Notes under the pieces: model-generated
The model's database searches: none
What the model was told of the DNA's origin: nothing
Seen by the model: only the letters and a program-made list of their open reading frames with translations
Shown: piece by piece, positions 12,681-27,925 of the stretch
Layout of the letters: each line of letters opens with the position of its first letter
How positions within the stretch are numbered: position 1 is the first letter of the stretch
Translations under genes and position numbers: made by a program
NCBI RefSeq assembly: GCF_000150275.1
Contig: NW_002060949.1
Span: forward strand, 5,017,006 to 5,081,005
DNA from: Trichoplax adhaerens
Taxonomy: Eukaryota > Animalia > Placozoa
Direction: 5' to 3'
Length of the DNA: 64,000 nucleotides

Positions 12681-14030
12681 CCTCCTTGCTAATCCACGTT
12701 AAATAGTGAATTAGTATAATAAAAACGATAATTTATCTATCAGCTTAGTCTGCTAAAATATGTCTGTTATAGGTCATATATTATCCTAATATGTTATTCT
12801 TAAAATAGATATAAGTATTTGCCAAGCTATTCTGTTATAAATGGCTGCTTTTATTATCGTTATTATATGTGTTGAATCCAGGTAAATGAGATATAAATTC
12901 TTTATTTCCTATACTGGTTATCATGAACTGATGAAACTTAAATTTCCCTTAATTTAAGCTTTATAGAAGGAAAATGTGTTTATAATAATTTCGTGCTAGC
13001 ATAATCGAGGTTATTTTAGATACATTTGATAAAACCATTGAGAATAACTATATAATAAAGAAATTGCTAACTTAAACTAAGTGATATTAGGATTTTCTAT
13101 TATAGCTATTGAAAGAAAATGATAATTAGTCTATTTTCTATTACTGCAAGCTCAAGCGCCAAAAGCTTGCTACCATGCATTACCATTAGCACACACTATA
13201 GTAATTTCATTCCACTAGAACTCGCGTACCTAAATTTTTGCAATTTTTCTGCTCCATGCTGTATTAAATTACTATATATTGCTTCTCAAGTTGCAACTAT
13301 TTGCTATAAATCAATAGAAACGAAATCAATGTGTACTTGACAAGGCTAAAAATTACAGTAATTGCGTTATGCAAAGTCTGAAAAGTACTATTACTACTAA
13401 TGAGTCCGAAAATTAGCTGCTGCAGACTATACAGACAGACAGTTACTCAAATGCGGAGAGACACTTACCAAAATGTCCTAAAATAGGAATAGCTACCTAT
13501 ATTAATTCAATGTAGGATTGCTCAAGTTTCAGTAGCAGACAGTTTCAATAGATGAATTTTCAATCATAATATATAATTAATTAATCACTCACTCATTAGT
13601 ACTGCATATACTGTATGTTATGGCAAATTTACTAAGTATAAATTGGTAATTTTACCGTATTTTCATACAAACTTATATGTATAACTTCGGGGGTTAGAGG
13701 TCGAGTGGGGCTGGTACCTAAACGTACAGTAGAGACAAGGATACAAACATAAGCTCACAAACACTTACATAGCTAAAAGGATTATTATCATTTACTGCAT
13801 AATTTAGTAAACTTCGTACACTTGATTACACCTAGTAGCTGTAGTCTGGTGATCAGTCAAAAGTCCAAGATAACTCTGGCATAAATATCAACAACGTAAT
13901 CAACTGCAGCAGTAGCACGAGAGAACTCATTTAGTAATTTCAATCTATGCGTATTCATTTTGGCTATTAAAGTTGATCTACTTCCTCCTCTTAAATATCA
14001 GAACCGAATATTGCAAGCCGTCTTAGAAAT

Positions 14031-17000
14031 ATGACTTCTGTTCGTAGCCCATATCCTGATGTCCATATTCCAGACAATGTTTCATTTTTTGAATATGTCA
14101 CTGGTAATTTCAAGAATTTCGGCAATAAACCAGCTATGGTAATCCGTTAATTATAATTAATATAGAACTAATAATTTGCATTCGCTATATAAATGCTATA
14201 AGACAACCTTATTAAAAAATGGACGTTCTTATCACTACAAAGATATAGATAATACTTAAATTGATTATATTGTCACCTTAATGATAAACCATAACTTCCT
14301 TGATGGTATATATAGAATTAACTGAACGACTACAAATACAACCGTGTTGATCAACTAACTTTATATGAAAACTCTTTTTATTCTTCTCAGACGGATGGCA
14401 TTACTGGCGCTAGTTATACCTTCCATCAGTTAGACGATGCTATTAAACGTGTAGCGTCAGCTTTAGTCAAGCGAGGGCTAAAGAAAGGCGAAGTTGTTGC
14501 TATAATTTCCCCAAACTGCATCGAATGGCCAGTTCTATTTTTTGCAGTCATATCAGTAGGTGGCATCATTACTACGTGCAATCATGGATATAAGGAGACA
14601 GAACTATCTTCACAACTAAGTAATGCAGGAGCAGTTTATTTAGTCGCAGCAAAATCATCCGTACGTACGGTCAGCAAAATGAGGTATAAAGTCAGAGAAA
14701 GATTTATCATCGGTGATGCTGATGGCTATACCTCATATTCCGAATTAATCAGGTAAGTTGGAAATAACACCAATAGACCTCTACATGACTAATGTTAGCC
14801 TATCTCACTATGGCTACTTGTTGATACCGAATTTTTACGAGAGATGAAATCAAATTTGCAGCCTACATGTGCATGCATGTACGGCCATCCGCCTCTAAAT
14901 GTAATTATTACACTGTAAATATCTCTTGTAATAAGATTAATAACATATACGAGTCTTACCGGTACATCTTCCTGACTATCAAGTAGCTAATTACTTGAGC
15001 AGACACTATCATTCAGATTTTGACATTTAATGCTTGTAATATCTTACTTTACGAGTATATAAGCTGCTATACAATCTAACTTTAAGTTACTTATATCGTC
15101 GAAACCTATGCACAGTACTGTACGTGCTTGTACTATTCATTTATGACTCTTTAGAAGCTATTAACAAACTAAATACAGCATAATTGTTTCTATAATTGAT
15201 AACTAAAAGGACATATACTTTCAATCATATTATTTGTACTACAGAGACGATGGCAGCAGGTTTCCTTCATTTGTTAAGATTAATAGCAAGACTGACATTT
15301 GCGTTTTGCCATATTCAAGTGGTACTACCGGTGTTTCCAAAGGTGTCATGATATCTCATTACAATTTAGTTGCTAATCTGGAACAAACACGACCTGTGAG
15401 AATACGAAACAGAAAAAATAATTGCTCATTGGCAGTATTACCATTTTATCACATCTATGGAATGGTCGTTATAATGTCAAGTTGCTTACGTTATGGAAAT
15501 CACTGTGTCACTCTACCTGGCTTTGAACCTAAATCATTTTTACGAACAATTGAAAAGTATAAGGTAAAGGAAAATATCTTTTATTTAAATCTGTAAACTA
15601 TTAAAATAAATTACAGTAGAATACATGCAATTGTTTTCGAAATTTCAAACAACTCGAGAAGTATAGATACCGGTAACGATGCAGTAGTCTACTGTAAACT
15701 TTAGTCTTTTAATAAGTGTTACGGTGTCGCTTTGTCATTAGGATAGTTTACTAAGTACAGTAGTAGCTAGTATGGAGAATATCCATATTTGTAGTGCTAG
15801 GTAAGATAAGTAATGCCTTAACGTGGATGTTGTTTGTAATAGTTCATTACATACTTCATATTGATTGTTATTGTGCGACAGATAGCAGTAAGATGATTCA
15901 AGCTCTAGTTGATGATAGTTAAATTAGACAACCTGCGAGCTTAGATTAAGATTAAGTATCAGTAAAAGATTCAAAACATTTACTGATAGAAAAAGCTATG
16001 TAAGGAACATCTCAGTTCGAGATGTTTCTCCTAGTAAGGTATAACAATAATATTGTTGTTGTTTACGAATTAGGCGGTTCCTATATAAACGGGAACATTT
16101 GAGTTCAGTGATGGTAAAAAGTTGTCGATGTATCTTTGCTAATAAAAGTTTCATCTTTATAGTCTTTTGCTGTGTGTTTAACGTTAAGTAAAAGGGCGTT
16201 TAAGTTAGTAGCTACTTATAGACTTTTACTGTACGTTACCTTGTCGCAGAAGTGAAAATGTGACGATTAGATAATCACAAAACTACTTAAAAGAATTACA
16301 GTAGACTTGCAATTGTACATTGAAAGTAACCTCATATACTGTATTCCTCCAACTTTATGTTTGTATGTATACTGCAGGTAGCACGACTAAGCCTAGTACC
16401 TCCACTAGCTCTTTTCCTCTTAAAGTCCCCATTGGTCGATAAATATGATTTATCTAGCCTTGAAGATGCTGGATCTGGTGCAGCACCTCTTGGAGATGAA
16501 GTTATGCAACAATTTTTAAGAAAGATGAAAGTGAAACGTTTTGTTCAAGGTCAGTAAAGGAATTTAATTTCACGTTGAATTAAACATTAAAAAATAAAAT
16601 TCTTGCAGGAAAATACTTTAATACTTAATATATAAAGTTATTTGTAGTGTTGATTGTTATAACCGTATCAAATTATAACATTCATCTAGTCTTAATATTT
16701 AAACGTATACATCTTTAAAATAAATTATACATCAAGGATACGGCATGACGGAAGCAAGTCCGACCATTACACTGGTTTCACCTGATGAAAATCATAATTT
16801 GGGCTCCGTCGGTAGGCCCGTACCAAATACACAATGCAAAGTAAGTATAAATTTGCAACAAATGTTCTCTTTTCCTATTATAAATGTTAATTTTGCATAA
16901 ATTAAGATTGAACATAAACTAACGCATTTTTTTATAATAAATATCTAAGGCTACCGTAACCCTGCATAAACTTTGACTATAATTCTAACTCTAGTTTAAT

Positions 17001-18032
17001 TAAAGAATGATGCAAAATTATTAAATCATTGACGTAATACACAAATTCTTTATATCTACGGAATAGTTTATTGATCCTGATTCGGGTAAAGTTCTTCCCC
17101 CTAATGTACCAGGCGAAATATTAGTTAAGGGGCCACAAGTAATGTTAGGTTATTTAAACCGACCCAAGGCGACTGCGGAAACCATCGATAAAGACGGTTG
17201 GCTACATACTGGAGATGTTGGTTACTATGATGAAAATGGAATATGTTATATCGTTGATCGAATAAAGGAATTAATAAAATATAAAGGATATCAAGTATGT
17301 GATCTATCTCACTTTAGTAAAAATTGCCTATAGTAGTGAATTATATTACTATATTTGTGTATTAAGCATTCATTTCGTAGCGCAGATTAAAATTTCTTAG
17401 CAAGATTGTTTTATCGGTTATCTTTTCAGGTAGCACCTGCAGAATTGGAATCATTACTAAAATCTCATCCAGATATTTCCGATGCCGCTATAATTGGTAT
17501 TCCTGACGAACGAGCTGGAGAAATTCCTAGAGCATATATTATCTTAAAGGATTCGGGAAATGGTTTGTAATTAACCATTAATTAAATAAATGCTATTATA
17601 TAGTTTACAATGTGTCATGTTTAGAAGGAAACGAGCGAAAGTAAAGATTTAAATAATTACTATTTTAATAACTTTAATTAGTTATTTATATTCCGAACTT
17701 ATCTGGGTCTATAAGTATTATACATATCATGTTTTAAGAGTAAATAAATTATAAATGGTTAATATAATTTACTTGCTTATGTTTTGATAGTACCATACTC
17801 TTTCCGTAATAGTTTATTTGTCATTAATTATGCGTATATATATAAATACTTTATAGGCAAGATTACAACCGAAAAAATTCAAGAATACGTAACTTCTAAG
17901 GTAGCTCCGCATAAGAGGTTAAGAGGTGGCATTGCAATTGTTACCGAGATACCTAAATCTGCTAGCGGTAAAATTTTGAGACGCCTAATTCGAGATCAAT
18001 ATAAGAAATCAATAGCCAAGAGTAAATTATAA
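14031..18032 (+). CDS. 4CL-like / luciferase-like peroxisomal acyl-CoA synthetase, copy 2; 8 exons; PTS1 SKL
   Basis: Exons 14031-14138, 14391-14752, 15245-15563, 16378-16549, 16737-16840, 17067-17294, 17430-17562, 17857-18032. Intron positions and phases match copy 1. Motifs: [39 protein letters not shown]. Ends IAKSKL*. Confidence 0.93.
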
Positions 18033-20560
18033 ACTATGTCCGGTTTCTTTTACAAACTACCAGGATTGGTGCATCTAGAAACTTTCTCGTTGCCTTAGTA
18101 ATAATCGCCGGTACATGTTGATTCCTACGCTAATAAAATAATGTTATTATATTATAACGGCTGATCATTTTATGGTAGTTATTTGATTTATTAATCTTGG
18201 TTGAATTTGATTTTTATTCACTCTCGGTACGTAAGGCACTGTTCATCCGCACTAGGCTAAATTAATTATTATTTCAATGGTGAATATTAATCTATAATCT
18301 TTCTTTATGATGCAGTTCATTTTTCATTAAGTGATATAGATCAAGTCCATATCAATAGGAAACATAAATTATTGCGCCATGGCATAGCATAGCCTGCAGT
18401 AATTATAATAACGTACCAGATGTCGAATTACTTAATATGATTTTTTTACCTGTTCTATCCTAACAATAAACGGTAATTGTGAAATTGAATAAGTACCAAT
18501 GTTTCAATCGTAAGAAATACTGCATGGCCGTTGCTAAATTTGAGTTGTAACAATTAACTTACGATAACAATTTATTTTTGATAAATCAACGATAGAAATA
18601 TAGCTTACTTTTGCTAAAGTTAAATTCTGCCATGGCTAATGCCACGCTACAAGTATTATCTCAATAACGTAATATGACCCAATAGCTGATTGAAAACAAA
18701 CAACAGAATTATCACTTGCTTCCCCGTTGCAGTTGCTATTACAACAGTCTAGCTGTTCAAATATTAATTACAGGATGTTTAAATTATTAAAAAGTAAATA
18801 ACTTCATTAACTACCTATAAGGTATCTATGTACTGCATCCACGAGTAAAAATATCTATAGTATTAGTACGACCAGGAACTACTCAAGTAAAAATTACCAG
18901 TATTCTTTTTACAGGGAGACGGTAAATTTTTTTCGGAAAGTGCAGAGAATTTTTACTCATGTAGTTCCTGGTACAAACTAAGAATTGAAATGATCTCATG
19001 CCGAAATTAGAAACAACTATAAATAAATTCAAGATAAAGTTTGTATCTTAAAAAATAATGTCAAAATACATTAACTGCTAATTAAGTATATTATGCTTAT
19101 TGTACAGTCGACGTTAATCATTCGATGTCCACTTTTACTCCATTCATTATAATTTCTATCTAACGATTACATCTCCTTTAGTATTGTTTATATATATATA
19201 TTAAAAATAGTAATTATATGTAATTTAACTCGATTTTTATTAATCTGTGGTTGGACAAAATAACTGCACTAAGAAATGAACTCATGTCTACTATTTTAAT
19301 GAAAAGGGATAATAACTCATTCTGAATTAAAAATAATAACATCATTTTACGACTGCTTTTCGATTTTTTATAATATTGTTGACAATAGCTAAATACAAGC
19401 AATGTGCCACGTATTGTCTAAATTAAAGTTCAACCGAATGCACTGGACTAACTATCAATAAACATAACTTTAGAATACAATATTACAAAGTATTCATTGA
19501 AATCAGTAATTACTTCCATGAATGATTTACTTCTAATCTGCCTTAGATTAAAAAATAACGCAATTTTAAAACTTCTATCTAATTTTATAAGCTAATAGAT
19601 TGCACATAATAGTAATATGCGAAAAACGTATGATTGATTGTCCAAATGAAGTGTTAATAGGATTCTACTGAAATAGCTATCAACAGAACATGACTCTAGA
19701 ATATAATATTACACAGTATTTGTTAGAATTTCTATTTATTTTCATGAATTAATTTCATGACTTGATTCTATGCATATAATTATTTTGTCAACAGACGAAG
19801 CCTATTTGAAAAATATAAAAGCAATTGTATAGTTAATTGACTGATAGTGATTAAATGATGACGTCTATTAACCATAGGAGCTCTTTGAAGACTATATGCT
19901 ATTGGTTGTTCATTATTCTAACTACTAAACATGTTATTTAACTAGATACACTAACTGAATGATTTAAATAAGTTGGCGATATTTGTAATACGCATATAGT
20001 CCATAAATCTGTTTTAATATTTATTTAAGCAGTTATTATGACGGCATACACTAATTGGCTTAAGGATGAAATCGAACCATTTTCAAGAATCATACAATTT
20101 AATGGAAGAGCATTACCAAACTATCGGAAAAAGTTCAAAGGAATAGCTTTATCTTATTAATCAAAGTACTTTTCATCATCCAACATTCATTTGCGCTTAA
20201 TAATCGATGTAACTGAGTACAACACAGTTTATGATAGCTCGTTAGACGCCATTTTCCCTACGCAAATCATTAATTCATAAAAAAGGGAGACAATATCATT
20301 TAAAGAGGAAACTGTAATAGATTCAAAAGATGCACCTATTAGTCAGCTTAAGATATCATTCCATAGACTGAGATCATTAATAATTGGTCGTCGGCTAGCA
20401 ATGCCGTCGATTTGTATTCATAGAACAATCTGCCGGCTGCATTAAAATTATCACGCAGCAGGGAGCAGTATTTACAAAACTGTCTCATCTCTTAAATAGT
20501 TGGGTTAGCAGACACAATCTTTAATTTAAGCATTTGATCTTTCTAAAGCTAGACTTCATC

Positions 20561-23500
20561 ATGGCAGCTTTACGCAGCAAATATGGCGATATTCATATTC
20601 CTGATAACATGTCATTCTATGATTTTGTTTCACGTCGATTTGACATTAATGCAAGCAAACCAGCATTGGTATGTTGACTCCATTACAATACAATTATTAC
20701 ACTGTACATGATATAGCATAAATTCATACTAATAAATCAACCTTGTGATAGAAAAAAATAATGATATCATACTTTGAAATAATTTTCACACGATCAAATA
20801 CATTCAAACGATGTAATCGTAAATTACTTTTAATCAATTTCCTTTCCATAATATTATATTCATAAATCGATGAGCGTGATATTGATCGCAATATTGATCA
20901 TTTCTTGTACCTATTTCTTATTAAACTTTTTGAAAGTTATGTCGCTTGTATAAATCTCCTGATCTATCAATACTTAGATAAAGTAAGAGTTAGGGCATAT
21001 CAACCTTTACTCTCTTATTTTTCAAGCAGCATTCCTTGTAATGACTATAGAATGATTTTGTACGCTATTACTACCGAACACTACTTAATGCATAATAATT
21101 TCATACATTAACATAGTCTATAGCCTGAAGAATAATTTTATTGTAAATTATGTGCTATTGTAGACATAAAATTTTTAGTGATCTGAAATATGAGTATATA
21201 AATATTGATCTAGACTAGCATATGCTTGAGTATTTATAAAACGACTTTACATATAATTACAATATGTCTAATTCAAATACGATCAATCAATTGGTCGCTT
21301 TAAATGTATCAACCCAACCAGTATCAAAAGAGCAGCCCATCACTGATCATTATGTACTAGTAGAGTTTCCTGCGCGTAATGCTTGGCGTAAATGTATAGT
21401 TATTCCAATGTAAATTTTTAATACTGTCTTATCTTTATTATGGGTTACTTTTAGAATCTAACGAAGTTTTCCGATATTGAGTTGCTTTAACAATTTTCCC
21501 CTACTGTTTCTGAATTACTTAAAACTCCGTGATTACATGTTGTAATTTTACACGAATCCTTATTTTATAAAAATAACTCTGGTAATCATGTGGATCTATT
21601 TACAAGAATAAAGACAGTAGTGGCAGCGCTGCCCTACCCCGATTTTAATGTACAGTATAATCATAGTCAGACTATAATAGCTTAGATTGAGACTATTTTT
21701 ATTCCGCTGATTATTATCATTTAAGAGCCATTTCGTACAAAATGGGCATCTTTTATCACCCTAAATTATGAATGAGACTAACTGAGTTATGCATATAGTC
21801 TACGTATATAATGGTCTTAAGCAATGCCTGTACTGTATTTAGATAATTTTGTTATTGTCTCAGCCTCAAAGTACTAAAATAAAGATTGGCTTTATAGTTA
21901 AATAACATAAAAAGATACTTAAGCAAGTTTGCAATCCATCTGTAATGCAGTAATGAATTAGTTTAAATTCGAAATCATATTTGGATAGCTGCTCTAGATA
22001 TAAGTTCTGTAGACCATTTCTCATATGGCAGATGTTTTCATCAAGAATGTCGTAAAACTTATCCAACGGGATAGTTTACTGTCATCAATAATCAGACAAC
22101 ACTGATTCTGCGTTAATTTAGCCAGCCATTTTTAACGTAAAATCAGATACTAGTAATCAATTAGATCAACTGTGGGCACATAGACGATCTTCGTCTTTTT
22201 CCACGTATTAAATAGAAAATGATAAAAGTAAAAATTTGTCAATCAAGTTAATAACTTATTTACAGGATTAAAATGTGGTCTATTATTTATCCCCAGTATT
22301 CACATATTTGTATAAGCTACTACAGTAATTAACTACCAAACATTTCTTCAGGCGGCAGCAGTAATTGTAATTACTAAAACTAATTTATCTCAATTCAATC
22401 GACAATTGTCTGGTAAAACTTATTGAAGTTAGATAATTTGATGCAGAGTTCCATTCTACCTGCTATTTTTGTTAATTATACACATTATTGTGGACTTTAA
22501 ATAAAGTCATTCATTAAAATTGATAAAGATGGTGATATTCCACTAGCAAAATGGAGAAAACCTTGTTGTTAGTATTACCAGTAGTCGATCTCATACCTCT
22601 AGTTACGTATAATTAATCTTTTTATACACGATCTCATATCTTGAACTTTAGTCTGCTGTAGCTATGATAAATCTCCAAAATGTATTAATATAAACATTGG
22701 CGTATAAATAATCACTTCTTGTATAATCTCATCTGTAGACTCTATACTTCGCTATAGCTAAAATTAGTAACCATCGTATATCGATGCTACCTGTTTACGA
22801 TAATTAACCTCTTCATCTTCTATCTTAATAGTAAATTTTATAGTCCTCTTTAGTAATTACTGATTTGTAATATATTTTAACATACTATTGGACATCATCG
22901 TTCGCATACTCGAGTTTCGCAGCAATTTCTTTACTCACTTATAATAATAGTTCGTATATGTGCTGTAGCAGTTAAATTAAATAGGCTACTATCTCAATAA
23001 AATAATTACGAACAATTTACTAGAAAAAGGCTTCAATTTGACGGACTTACTACAACTTATTTAAGCTCATCACGCGATTATTGTACACAATATGATAATA
23101 TTGTTCATATCTTTATATGAATCAACATATAGAATGTGGACTATATTTAAAATGAAGAATAAACATTTATTTACATTTTATCATTAAGGTTAATTATAAA
23201 AGATGATAAACTCGAACAGAATACTAGTACAAGAATCAATATTTTCATTAGCAGAAGATAAACTTAAGATACGTAATTTCTTTAACATATGCACTGAAAA
23301 TTAATTCCTACGAAGTATGCATTTTTTAAGACCTACTGCAAGTAGAATCATGACAAATACTGGAAAATACTACTTTAAGTCATTAGTATTTAATTTTTGA
23401 TTTTAATATCAAGTGATCAGCATCTGTTTTATCGATTATCTATCACCATAATTTAAATACCTCAAGATTCTTCCAATCTATCTACAAAATCTATATTATA

Positions 23501-26500
23501 TACTTAATTTAATTCATAAAATACTGAATATCTATAATTGCTTACACGAATAAGTTAATTTAGGATTTACATTCGGCCAAACCAAACGTATAGAAATGAT
23601 GTTAAAAGTAAATTTGCTAGTATCCAACACAATCAGCTTTACTTATTTAGACAATATTCACTCTTCGCTACGAAAGACAAACTCTTCGTAAATTATATAC
23701 TCCTGACTGAGAAACCCAAATATTATTTCAACTATTATAGCATGATAATATTAACTTAATGTTCTTTTCGACTGAACAATAGACTGATGGAATTACCGGA
23801 GAAACTTATACTTACGGCCAACTTAAGCAAATGATCCAACGATGTGCATCAGCGTTAACTCGATTAGGATTTCAATCCGGTGATATTATGTCTATAGTTA
23901 GTTTAAATTCGTTAGATTGGTCCATCATTTTCTTTGCAGTTATTGCTCTAGGTGGTATCGTGACAACATGTAGTCCCTTATTTACGCCTGAAGAATTAAA
24001 ATATCAATTGGAAGACGCTAATGCGAAGTATGTTATCGTCTCAGAATGTGCGGCCTCTAAAGTTAATAAAACCAATCATCCGTTTAGGCATAAATTTATA
24101 TTTGGCCATGCTGAAGGTTATATTCCGTATTCATCTCTAATTAGGTAAGAATAACTCAAACTCTCCTTGAATAACCTACCTTGAATACTAAATCTTTTGC
24201 TAATTCGATTATTAACCTCTAACCATTATCAGTACTAAGTTAGATTGTTATCATATTCTAATCTTAACAATAGAATTATTCTTCGTATTGTATAAAATGT
24301 TGGTCATGAGTTGCTTATCACTCATGTTATTCAAAATACTTCATTTCTAATATTATTATCTTCTTATCATAGGGATAGCGGCAATCAATTTCCAACTCTG
24401 GTTGTTATTAAACCTAAATCACATCTTTGCATTATTCCATACTCTAGTGGCACAACCGGTCTTCCTAAAGGTGTTATGTTAACCCACTACAATTTGGTTG
24501 CTAACTTGACTCAATATACTTATCGTGGCATGAGATCAGCTGATGATGTCGATCCAAGTGTTCTTTGCGTCTTACCATTCTATCATATCTTGGGCATGTG
24601 CTCCATCCTTTCGCTATCCCTTTCTAGTGGATCTCGAGTTGTTATCTTACCGCGTTTTCAACCCCACTCTTTCCTAGCGGCTATTGAGAAATTTCAGGTG
24701 ATGTATATGTCTATTTTAGTCGTTCCATTTAAAGGAATATTAAAGGTTTAAAAATCCAATTATTACGTACACTATAATTTCGGCTTAATTTTATTAACAT
24801 ATATTTCATCCATTCCATTTAGAGCAATATTAAAATTATAAAAAATCAAGTTATTATTATAATAATTTAGACGTAGGATAGTTTGAAGCGCAGTATTTAT
24901 ATATTAATACTCTGAATTATCAAGCATAGAATCTAAATAGCATTAATTATATCTCTTGCTTTAATTTCGAACATTTAATATTCGATAGAACTATCTATAG
25001 AGTACAATATAATTTTATTCATTCCATTTAGAGCAATACTAAAAGTATAAAAAATTGAATTATTACGGTACATTATAATTTAGCCATAGGGTCATTTAAA
25101 GCGCAATATTCTATATTTATAGACTGAATAGTCAAGCCTAGAACCTAAATAGCATTAATCATATCTGCTGCCTTAATTTTGAACATTTGACATCCGATAG
25201 AATTGTCGCTAGAGTACAATACGAAACCTTACTTTGCGTTTGATGTACGATTCTATGATATACATATGAATATATAGGTCACCCGCGTAGCTATAGTTCC
25301 TCCATTGGCATTATTCCTACTCAATTCACCATTAGTTGATCAATATAATCTTTCCAGCTTAAAAAACATAACATCAGGTGCTGCTCCACTCGATACCCAG
25401 TTAATGGAAAGGGTTAAAATGAAGCTAAATTTAGACCGATTCACACAAGGTATGTCCAATAAATTTATTTTATCGTTTTAGTACTAATAGTATTAAAATC
25501 TTGATGATCAAAAATTTTTACTTACCAAAATTAAAGTTTTAGATCAAAGATTAAATATTTAATGCTGTTATAGCATTAAATAAATATTTCATATAATAAA
25601 TCAAATATCATTGCTAACATTATCCCTTCCAGGATATGGCATGACGGAAACAGGTCCAACTACTATTATTAATCACTTCTGTAAAGCCAATACAAAATTA
25701 GGGTCTGTTGGAAAATTAATGCCTAGTACATACTGCAAAGTAAGAATAGATAACGTAACTACTTTTGATTAAAGATATATTTTTCTAATTCAGCCATATT
25801 GTCAGAGAATTTAGTCTAATGATAGATTTTAATACCTTTCTAAATATTTTACTTGCAAGATGCTACTTATAATCATTAATAATTGAGAATAATTTATCTT
25901 TCAACTACTTCCTATAATATACAACGAGTCACACGTAATTTGTTCGACGAATAAGTTAATAGATAATCTAATCTGTACATACGTATTGGATGGTTTATCA
26001 TTGAAGGTAGTCGATCTAATGACTCATCAAATTTTGCCAGCCAATGTGGCTGGCGAAATATGGATTAAAGGCCCACAAGTTATGGTGGGCTATTTAAATA
26101 AACCTCAACAAACGAGGGAAACGATTAATTCCGAAGGATGGTTAAAAACTGGAGATATCGGCTACTACGATGAAGATGAGGATTTCTACATTATTGATAG
26201 GCTCAAAGATCTTATTAAATATAAAGGCCATCAGGTAAGACTATTGAAGATAAGAACTATACCGTAGCAGTTTTAAATATCAGTAGTTCTGTACAAACGA
26301 TAGATGTAACTTAAACGCCAAAAATTTCGAAAGGTTGCTCCAGCAGAGTTAGAAGCCTTACTCAAAAGTTTTGATTATATTGCCGATGCAGCTGTCATTG
26401 GTATACCTGATACTGTAGCAGGAGAAATTCCGCGAGCTTATGTTATTTTAAAAGACAAGGAAGGTAAGATTATAAATTTTGGATATGTAATAAATGCACC

Positions 26501-26757
26501 AATATCCTATGCCATCTATCTTAGATACAGATTGCTAGGAGCTAACTTAGTCCTTTCTTATACTATCGTTTAATAAAATAGCGGCAATAACACCCCAGCA
26601 AATCCAAGATGAAGTTGCTTCTCGTGTTGCACCCCATAAAAAATTACGTGGAGGCATAGAAATTACAACATTCATCCCTAAGTTAGCAAGTGGTAAAATC
26701 TTACGACGTCAATTAAAGGATAAATATAAAACCCAAGCTCTTTGCTGCAAGCTATAG
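20561..26757 (+). CDS. 4CL-like / luciferase-like peroxisomal acyl-CoA synthetase, copy 3; 8 exons; PTS1 CKL
   Basis: Exons 20561-20668, 23783-24144, 24373-24697, 25278-25449, 25633-25739, 26007-26234, 26334-26463, 26582-26757. Exon 1 ([19 protein letters not shown]...KPAL) is homologous to exon 1 of copy 2 and lies across a 3.1-kb intron. Motifs: [25 protein letters not shown]. Ends ALCCKL*. Confidence 0.92.
24720..25221. repeat. Degenerate tandem duplication (~205 bp, two full copies plus one partial) in intron 3 of synthetase copy 3
   Basis: ATTCCATTTAGAGCAATA...CTAAATAGCATTAAT...TAGAGTACAATA at about 24812-25010 and about 25021-25221, with a partial copy from about 24722. Confidence 0.85.
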
Positions 26758-27419
26758 ATTGTTCTCATCTATTGCGCCATATTACACCCTATGCTTGGAG
26801 AAATTAGAAATCTTATATCCCTAATTAATGAAACTATCAATAAAGAAGCACATGATCGCTGTTTATTCATATGACTTTCAAGATTTGAGAATTTAAGGAG
26901 GGAGTTATCACTAGTAAGCCGGCTTGAATATGGCATTACTCGTTTTTATCAATTTATAATAATTTGCAGCACATCTTTGCAGATATACCTACGCAAATAT
27001 ATTCACTGTAGAACATATCAATCATAACAAATTTGCTAAGATTTTTAAATAATTTATCTTATTCGTGTCCTTAACACTTGACGATGACGATGGTAGATGA
27101 AAAGCAATGGAAGAAGTTTTTATAACCCAGATTACAACCAGATCTTCTCTTGAAGATTTCATTTATCTACAAAGTCATTTTGGGCTACTTTAATAACAGG
27201 TAGTTATAACAAACTTCGTTATTATCTACTATTCGACATAGTTTACAGGTTACCCATTTTCCAATATGGACCTCGGTCATTGCTACGAAATATTATTGGA
27301 AGCTAAAGTCTTTTCTTGCAAGAAGTATAAAGCATCCAATTGGATATGCCACGAAAACTTTATTATGTACTATTGTTATAAAAATTAATGTCACCGATAT
27401 CTATTAATCTTAAATGACA

Positions 27420-27925
27420 AATATAATCGCTATAGACAGTAATAACCAACCGATGTTGGCTATTCACTCAAACTTTCTAATATAAATTACTGTACTCGTA
27501 TAAACTATTTTAACTATCCTTACGATATCGTAGATGATTATAATTTCCTTTGATCATTATAGATACTAATTTTCGAGTAGATCTTTCTTGACTATCTACC
27601 TTATCTAATGTCAACCGTAGATTATCTCAATTATCGTATCATAGATGATCTTAAACTCCTTTAATCATCATAGATACTAATCATGATAAATCGATTTTGA
27701 CTATCTAGCTTATTTAACGTAAACTATAACCTATCTCAACCATGGATTGTAGGGGATTACAAACTTCTTTAATATATTATTGTTATAGAAAAATGAATGC
27801 AGTCATTAATGATAGATGCCAATAAAGACATCAATAAAAAGTAGATCTTAATTGTCTACCTTATCTAATGTAAATTATAGTCTATTTCAATCACTTTATA
27901 GATAGTGACTAGCTTCTTGAAATAT
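27420..27925. repeat. Degenerate tandem repeat, ~110-130 bp unit, 3-4 copies
   Basis: Recurrent ATCATyATAGATACTAAT (about 27553, 27665) and TCTACCTTATCTAATGT (about 27595, 27855). Confidence 0.7.

Noticed and set aside
6033-18032. Functional AMP-cycle link between ADK and the acyl-CoA synthetases
   Set aside because: Both produce AMP rather than forming a cycle, and adjacency alone is not evidence.
263-26757. Calling the synthetases true luciferases (bioluminescence) or true plant-type 4CL acquired by HGT
   Set aside because: The family is widespread in non-luminous animals. Box II GEICIRG is absent, the genes have ordinary shared spliceosomal introns, and nothing in the sequence demonstrates luciferin oxidation.
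27100-27410. Exon-like stretch with LPIFQYGPRS, reminiscent of a P450 heme motif
   Set aside because: It lacks the heme-ligand Cys and has no coherent flanking exons, so it is likely chance or an unidentifiable relic.
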